A model generated the notes under the pieces. That model worked only from the letters and a program-made list of their open reading frames with translations, did no database searches and was not told the origin of the DNA. A stretch of 32,677 nt of DNA. Origin: an uncultured Candidatus Saccharibacteria bacterium (GTDB lineage Bacteria; Patescibacteriota; Minisyncoccia; UBA6257; JACOXY01). Location: positions 1 through 32,677 of the forward strand of contig CAYHMC010000003.1 in assembly GCA_964357615.1 (NCBI GenBank). Reading direction: 5' to 3'. The position numbers and the translations under genes are program-made. Shown piece by piece: positions 26,201 through 32,677 of the stretch; positions within the stretch are counted from its first letter, which is position 1; every line of letters starts with the position of its first letter.

Positions 26201-28420
26201 TTCTGCACTGCGTTTGGTCCCGAGAACACAGAGTTACTAGTTTTTAACATAGCCTTGGTACCTAGCGGATACTTCCTCCCAATCGGCTTATCATAAATAA
26301 GTATGTCATCTATTCTTGTGGACACTACACCAATATCGGAGAATTGATTATCGTTATAGCCAACAATAATCTTTTGGATGGTTCTGCCACTTAGTTTCCC
26401 TAGATTTACTTTGATTGTTTTCCAGACATTGATATTAAAATTTGCGTGATTCCTTTGTTCTTCGGGACTCATGCGAACTGCGTCTTCAGCATATATGCCT
26501 AGGTTGTGAAGATATGTTCCATCGTCTAGTTGAAAACTCACTGCAATATTCTTTCCGTTTTCGTTTTGTGGAAGAATCTTGTATTCAAGAGTTGTGCTAG
26601 TGCCTATACTGATACTTGTATTAGCTATGGTGTAGTAGTGGCGTGAATCATTGCCGGCACAGTCATCGGTTCCAGTGAAATTTATTGTTCCCCTGCCTAT
26701 CTTAGGATCAGTTGTACTAATTGTAGGAGTAGCTATATTTGCACAATATCTTATAAATGTTGATACGGGTGCAAATGCTGATATGTCAGTAGGGAGTTCA
26801 TAGTCGGCTACATATCTAAGTGTTGGTTTTTGGTTTGATAAAGAGAATGTGTTGAATTGTGCCCAGCCATTTTCTGCTCTAGCTACATCAGATACCCAGC
26901 CAGAAAGAGTGTTGCTAGTTACAGGAGCTGTAAACCTGGGGCTAAATGTCACTACAAATGTTGCTGTTCTTGAGTTTCCCGATACAGTGGTACTGCAAGA
27001 AATTAAATTCATGTTTATTGATCCGTATCCGTCAAATAAGGCACCTTGTCCTCCTCCTGAACATGTTATGGGGCCTTGTCTGAAGGCATTATTAGCGTGA
27101 GGGAAATTTTGTGTTGACCACATTAGGTAGCCTCTGTGCTGTCCGTTATTTGTTCCTTGATGATTTATTATTTCATAGAGACTTGCTATGTCACTGCTAC
27201 CGTTCGGATCTGATGCGGATACGGACATAGTATATTGTGTTAAGCCGTCAGGAGTTATTGAGGATGAATTTATTGTGGCTCCCGTTACAGTTGGTCCTGA
27301 ACTTATGGTGAAACAGTGTGGTCCGACAACTCTATTATTACCATTAGTGTCATATGCGGTTGCATATATACAGTGCTGACCTTGAGGAGTTGTGGCTGTT
27401 ACCGGAATAGATAGTGAGTATGGTGATGTGTAATCTCTGGTTTCTTGAAATAGCTGTCCGTTAGGACTGAGTAGCACATTAGAGATGGCAACATTATCTG
27501 ATGCATTCGCAGTTATTGTAATTGTTTGACCGGGTGCAAAGGTGGCTCCTGATGCTGGACTTGCAAAAGATATTGTTGGAGGTGTTGTGTCAGTTGGTGC
27601 TGGTCCTGCACATTTTATACTCTTTGGAGATCCAGTTAAGTAATTGTTAGCAATGAGTCCTGAATTTATATCTACTGCATACGCATAAAGATAGTGAGTG
27701 AAGTTATCTTTGAGTGCGGTTGGTGTTGTAAAAGAAAAACCATGATTAGACGTTCCATTCCCGCAGACAGTGCCTACCGCTGATTCTCTTGAAAGATTCG
27801 CTGTACCCTGAGCAACTGGTTGTTTGCCAGATATATAAACTCCATCATAAATCCTTACTGTTAGTGCAGTGGGCCAATTAGTTTGGTCGCAAGCCCAACC
27901 TTGTATATTTGTACAACTTGCACCATCGAAAGTTCCTATGGGTTGGACATTAGTTGGTGTTGTGGGAGTAAACTTCCAGCGTAATTTGAGAGTTGCTCCT
28001 GCCGTTGGAACGGAAACATATGCAACACCACCGGATATCCAACCGGTAGAGCAATCGAGGCTACGGCCAGTTTGTGTACCTCCGATACAGTGATGTGCCC
28101 AGCTATATCCAGACGGCAAGGGTTCAGAAACTGATATACGATAAGATCTGCCTACGGTGGCATTTATCATATTGTAGTAAAAACCACCGCCTGAGCCAGT
28201 AAAAAATGATGGTAATCCCTCCATATTTACTTGAGCTGCTACACCTGCCCCTGTACTTGCATTAAAGGTATAACCTGCAATTGTACCCAAACCTGATATT
28301 TGAGTAAGAAGAGAGTTTTGGCTGGATATATTAAAGAGAGCTTATCCCCAAGACTAAGACAACGAAAATAATAATAAAGACTATTTTGTTGAACAATAAG
28401 TTATTTGTTGCGTGTTTCAA
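23224..28420 (-). CDS. Giant mosaic surface protein (Ig-like, two SH3-like, two dockerin-like, Cys-rich repeats), frameshifted near 28335
   Basis: Long ORF 23224-28290 lacks an export signal. A 29-codon TM-encoding ORF at 28331-28420 lies one base out of frame. Confidence 0.8.
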
Positions 28421-28548
28421 TTTATAATTTCGTAATTATAGCGAATATAAATAAGTACCTTTATCGATAATATGTTTATTATATATCTTATTTAAAAAAG
28501 ATGCATGTGTATAAAAAAATAAAGGATAAAAACACATTCTTTCACAGC

Positions 28549-28577
28549 TTGCTAAATTGGTAAGTAAAATATAAGAT
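28549..28577 (+). promoter_or_regulatory. Putative comEC promoter
   Basis: TTGCTA-N17-TAAGAT. Confidence 0.5.
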
Positions 28578-28592
28578 GGGCGTAATTTTCAA

Positions 28593-28752
28593 TAGACCTT
28601 TTGCGCGATTCTTTTCGTAACGAAAGTTCCAGATTTTGAACGAAGCGAAGTAAAAATTTTAGGGTGTATATGAAATATACTTCTAGAAATTTTTACAATG
28701 CTATAGCCAAAATGTGGAAATTGCAGTAGAAAAAAATTGTGCAAAAGGTCTA
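28593..28752. mobile_element. RPE-like palindromic element (160 bp)
   Basis: TIR TAGACCTTTTGC/GCAAAAGGTCTA and internal stem GTAAAAATTTTAG...CTAGAAATTTTTAC with apex GTATAT-GAA-ATATAC. Confidence 0.85.
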
Positions 28753-28756
28753 ATAT

Positions 28757-30211
28757 ATGCCCCCATACAAGTTATTTTTTTATTCTACACTGCTTTTCGT
28801 TTTGGGTGTTTTAGTTATTAGCCTAGAGATATCTTTCTGGTACATACTACAACTGACCTTAGTCACCCTTATAGCTCTTATATACAATTTTGGCTTTCGA
28901 CCAATTATATTCATATCGTTACTTATAATAATTGGTGGTTTTTATTACCTCATAGATGATTACCGATATTATAATAATCTAAAACTAATTAGAAACGCAG
29001 AAGATTACGACGGCATCATAAACAATAATCCAGAGGCTAAAGAGAATTATCAGTCTTTTTATTTAAAAGCACCAAGCAACTCAAAATATAAAAATACAGA
29101 AATTTTAGTTAAAACAAAACTCGATCAAAAATATTCATACGGAGATGAATTGCAAATAATTGGAAAAATTAAATCCCCTCCCGATGATTATTTTGGAAAT
29201 TATTTAGCGAAAGAAAAAATACATGGAACAGCTGATTATCCTGAAATTAACTTGCTTGGGTCTAAAAAGGGCTCGCCTATTTTACTAACACTATTTAATA
29301 TAAAAAATTATATAGATGAATCGTTTAAAAAAATACTTCCAAAGGACGAATCGGCATTTTTATCTGGAATAACTCTCGGGGTCACTTCTAATTTCTCAAA
29401 AGAATTAATTGATAAATTCTCGTTGAGCGGAACAAGACATTTGGTAGCCATATCGGGGCTAAATATGACAATTATTGCAACGCTTTTTCTAGTATTTTTT
29501 TCTTATTTATTACCTAGGAAATATTCTTTCTTTTTAACCTCGCTAGCAGTTATTAGCTTTACTGCAATGATAGGCTTTGAACTATCGGCTGTTAGAGCTT
29601 CCATTATGGGCATCATCGCTGGCGCGTCGAGAACCATAATTGGTAGACCCCATCTTCAATATAATGCAATTGCCTTTACAGGATTTGCGATGATACTAGT
29701 TAATCCAAAAGTATTAGTGCATGACATTGGATTTATATTATCTTTTTTGGCAGTTATAGCGATAATATACCTAACACCAATTTTACTTTTTATATTCAAC
29801 TCTAATAAGAATAAAGGTTTTTTAAACTGGAAAGAAATGCTCGCAATGACAGTCTCGGCTCAAGTTGCAACAGCGCCAATCTTAATTACGCAATTTGATA
29901 ACTTTTCACTTATATCGCTTGTGGCAAATCTTTTAGTCCTTCCTGTTATTCCAATTCTTACTTGGATGGGTTTTTTGATGGGCGCTCTTTCTTTTGTTTC
30001 AGTAACCCTAGAAATTATAATTGCCCTTATTATTTCGCCAATATTAAAATATGTTCTGTTCGTTATTGACGTATGTTCAAAGTTTGGAGTAGTTATAAAT
30101 CCATATTTAAACTGGCCAATTATTATTGTTTATTATGGAATGCTAATTTATTTAATTTATGAATTTCGCTCTACGGACAAATATCAACAAATCAAGAATT
30201 TGAAAAAGTAA
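28757..30211 (+). CDS. comEC: ComEC/Rec2 competence channel (no beta-lactamase domain)
   Basis: FLSGITLG, SGTRHLVAISGLNM, SAVRASIMG and DIGFILSFLAV. Confidence 0.95.
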   Translation: MPPYKLFFYSTLLFVLGVLVISLEISFWYILQLTLVTLIALIYNFGFRPIIFISLLIIIGGFYYLIDDYRYYNNLKLIRNAEDYDGIINNNPEAKENYQSFYLKAPSNSKYKNTEILVKTKLDQKYSYGDELQIIGKIKSPPDDYFGNYLAKEKIHGTADYPEINLLGSKKGSPILLTLFNIKNYIDESFKKILPKDESAFLSGITLGVTSNFSKELIDKFSLSGTRHLVAISGLNMTIIATLFLVFFSYLLPRKYSFFLTSLAVISFTAMIGFELSAVRASIMGIIAGASRTIIGRPHLQYNAIAFTGFAMILVNPKVLVHDIGFILSFLAVIAIIYLTPILLFIFNSNKNKGFLNWKEMLAMTVSAQVATAPILITQFDNFSLISLVANLLVLPVIPILTWMGFLMGALSFVSVTLEIIIALIISPILKYVLFVIDVCSKFGVVINPYLNWPIIIVYYGMLIYLIYEFRSTDKYQQIKNLKK

Positions 30212-30238
30212 TTAAAAAAGAATAGGATACCACCACAA

Positions 30239-31180
30239 ATGAAACAAAATATATCTAAAGTAATGATTGGCGCGTTAATAGCACTTTTCCTTATCGTAGT
30301 ATCTATCCGCAAAATTGATGGTAGCTTCTTTGCTTATCTATCAGAATTATTAAGTGGTTCTTACAAAGAACAAGTCGCAAAAATAGAAGGTACAGGAAGT
30401 TCAATGCTAAATGAAGGAGAAAATAGAACTCCATCATCTCTAATTAAAAAATGTTCATTTGAAAGTAAAAATTCTCCAACTCACTCAGGTGCAATTTTTA
30501 ACGAAATTGCTTGGATGGGAAATAACGAAGATACAAAAAACGAATGGATTACCTTAAAGAGAATATCCACCAATGAAATAGATATTTCCCATTGGCAAAT
30601 CATTAATCAAAGCGGAAAATTACACATAACAATTCCTAAAGGAAAAATCCTAAGCAAAGATAAACAATTCTATACTATATCGAGACAAACAAAGATTGAT
30701 GGCATTATTCCGGATTTTGTTTTTATAGGCATCGTCAAAAATTCAAATGAAGTTTTAAGGTTGTTCAATAACAAATGTGAGTTAATAGATGAAGTTTCTG
30801 CAAATCCAAATTGGCCGGCCGGCGATAATGGTTCGGACTCGCTCACCACAGGCAAAACAAAAAAACCAATGGTTCGGCTTGCTAATTTAAGCTGGCAAAC
30901 CAAGGGTAATTTAACTAAATTCACCACAAGCGAAATAAAAGTGCCTACGACTCAGATTCTAATCACTACTCCCACACCAACCTGTATCAACATCAATACA
31001 GCTTCAAAATCAGAGCTCACAAAAATAATTCATATAGGAGAAAAAACTGCAGAAAAAATTATAGACTACAGAAGTTCAAGTACATTTTCTTCTGTTGATG
31101 AACTAACGAACATCAATGGTATTGGATCTTCTACGCTAAAGAACATAAAGGAACAAGGATTGGCGTGCATAAGCAACTAA
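30239..31180 (+). CDS. comEA: ComEA-like protein: TM, lamin-tail-like domain and helix-hairpin-helix
   Basis: FNEIAWMG..NEWITL (LTD) and ININTASKSELTKIIHIGEKTAEKII..INGIG (HhH). Confidence 0.8.
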   Translation: MKQNISKVMIGALIALFLIVVSIRKIDGSFFAYLSELLSGSYKEQVAKIEGTGSSMLNEGENRTPSSLIKKCSFESKNSPTHSGAIFNEIAWMGNNEDTKNEWITLKRISTNEIDISHWQIINQSGKLHITIPKGKILSKDKQFYTISRQTKIDGIIPDFVFIGIVKNSNEVLRLFNNKCELIDEVSANPNWPAGDNGSDSLTTGKTKKPMVRLANLSWQTKGNLTKFTTSEIKVPTTQILITTPTPTCININTASKSELTKIIHIGEKTAEKIIDYRSSSTFSSVDELTNINGIGSSTLKNIKEQGLACISN

Positions 31181-31206
31181 AATATTGTTGTTACAAGAAA
31201 TAAAAA

Positions 31207-32127
31207 TCAGTTAGTCTTCGGTTTAAATATAGAGTAAAGCGGCCCCTTGCAGTTTGCTGCTGGTTTACCATCTGCTATCTCCTTATCTGTAAAACCACAA
31301 ATCATATCACTTCCAACAAGATTAATTAATGTACCTTCGCTATAAACTGTTCTTACTAAACACTCGCTTCCTTCTTTCCACATTATTTCACTTGTATATA
31401 CTGACATATTTGGAGCGTCTGGCGTCATTGTAAACCTTAAACTAAATTTTGCCGGTTGGCATTCTTTTAGTTGTTTTTCAAAACAAGTGTACTTGCTACT
31501 CGTGCTAGTGCTCGCGCTAGTATTTTCTTCACCACAATCAGCAAAATTTTTACCAAGTAACTTACTTTTGCGAATAGAGTATTCGCTATAATTTATTTCT
31601 GAGTTGTCAGAATAATCACGAATCAGGTTAATTACACCAGATGACGAACTTAATAATTCTTTGCCTTCGTCAACATCAAACACCCCGCTTCCACTTACAT
31701 TGAAATTAGAACTGGCTACGAAATAATATTCTCCTAAGCATTTTTTATTATCTTCCATATAGCTTCCCTTAACATAAATTGATTCCAATAATGCTTTAAT
31801 CTTTGCCTCAAAATGTAACTTAACTTTGTCATATGCTATAGATTCGCATCTTTTTTTTAATTCCGAAAAGTCGTTAGGTAAATTTTGGGTTATTGTTGAA
31901 GTCGGAATTATGGGCGTAGTTAAACTTTTATCAATTTCGTCTATTTTGCTTGATTCTTCTAGTGTTGTACTTGATTCTAAACTATTCTTTGGCATATAAG
32001 ACTCAAACAAGTTTTCAATACTATTCACGTTATTAAAATAATATAATCCAAAACTTCCACCGACAGCAGCGACAATTATTATAAACGCAAATAATGCAAT
32101 CGACACAAAGCCTTCATTTTTCAACAT
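31207..32127 (-). CDS. Hypothetical membrane-anchored Cys-rich exported protein with prepilin-like N-terminus
   Basis: MLKNEGF followed by a hydrophobic helix without Glu5; multiple Cys in the exterior part. Confidence 0.7.
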   Translation of the reverse strand: MLKNEGFVSIALFAFIIIVAAVGGSFGLYYFNNVNSIENLFESYMPKNSLESSTTLEESSKIDEIDKSLTTPIIPTSTITQNLPNDFSELKKRCESIAYDKVKLHFEAKIKALLESIYVKGSYMEDNKKCLGEYYFVASSNFNVSGSGVFDVDEGKELLSSSSGVINLIRDYSDNSEINYSEYSIRKSKLLGKNFADCGEENTSASTSTSSKYTCFEKQLKECQPAKFSLRFTMTPDAPNMSVYTSEIMWKEGSECLVRTVYSEGTLINLVGSDMICGFTDKEIADGKPAANCKGPLYSIFKPKTN

Positions 32128-32177
32128 AAATTAATTGTAACATACAATAAACAGCTAATGCGTGTTAAAATAAATTA

Positions 32178-32677
32178 ATGAAAAAGTCTTTCTTTTTGGT
32201 AATTTTAGATGGTTACGGGGTTGGCACTCAAATGCCAACAAATGCTATTTATGTAGCACAACCAAAAAACTTAACCTATATTAAAAGCCACTATCCAGCC
32301 GGCACCGTGCAGGCTTCGAGTATTGCCGTCGGCATGCCGTGGAACGAAGAAGGAAACAGCGAAGTGGGGCATTTAACAATCGGTGCAGGTCGTGTAATTT
32401 ATCAACATTATCCCAGAATCTCACTTTCAATTAGAAATGGCGATTTTTTTTCTAATCCAGTTCTTAAGTCTGCATCTGAACATGTAAAGAAAAATAATTC
32501 TTCAATAAATTTTATTGGCCTTTTAACTACTGGCACGGTGCATTCCGCATACGAACATCTTGTGGCGCTACTTGAGTTTGCGGAACGCGAAAATATTTCG
32601 AAAGTAAATTTACATCTTTTCTCGGATGGTAAAGATAGCGCTCCACAGTCAATTAAAAAATTTGTTAAAGAACTTCC
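32178..32677 (+). CDS. gpmI: 2,3-bisphosphoglycerate-independent phosphoglycerate mutase (partial, runs off window)
   Basis: Translated by hand: MKKSFFLVILDGYG...GNSEVGHLTIGAGR. Absent from the ORF track because it has no stop in the window. Confidence 0.95.
   Translation, partial: MKKSFFLVILDGYGVGTQMPTNAIYVAQPKNLTYIKSHYPAGTVQASSIAVGMPWNEEGNSEVGHLTIGAGRVIYQHYPRISLSIRNGDFFSNPVLKSASEHVKKNNSSINFIGLLTTGTVHSAYEHLVALLEFAERENISKVNLHLFSDGKDSAPQSIKKFVKEL

Noticed and set aside
23302-28093. Plus-strand ORFs inside the giant gene (likewise antisense ORFs in rny, pilin and others)
   Set aside because: Antisense shadows with no motifs or expression signals.

Overview
AT-rich bacterial genome segment that looks like Patescibacteria/CPR (Parcubacteria-like). 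This is inferred from the pilin-LamG fusion, the rny-HU pair, a stand-alone RRM protein, an ECF sigma cassette, comEC plus a lamin-tail/HhH comEA, and A-rich starts mostly lacking Shine-Dalgarno sites. It holds about 30 CDS, including two paralogous S41 proteases, panD, PP2C, dCMP deaminase, lipid-modifying enzymes, a ~1,700 aa mosaic surface protein and a partial gpmI, plus three tRNAs (Arg-GCG, Gly-TCC, Gly-GCC). The strongest unexplained signal is non-coding: downstream of two different tRNAs lies the same hairpin-rich core, fused at the T-loop to a second copy of a tRNA 3' end. One copy is empty and carries a fold-back antisense copy of the tRNA end; the other encloses a cargo gene. Also notable are RPE-like palindromic elements upstream of the ECF sigma and comEC genes, a second short-TIR repeat family, a +1 frameshift (CTT-TAA) separating the giant surface protein from its export signal, and an MPEG1/PilV-like three-repeat Cys module with a hydrophobic insert in that protein. 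No integrase, transposase or CRISPR array is visible.
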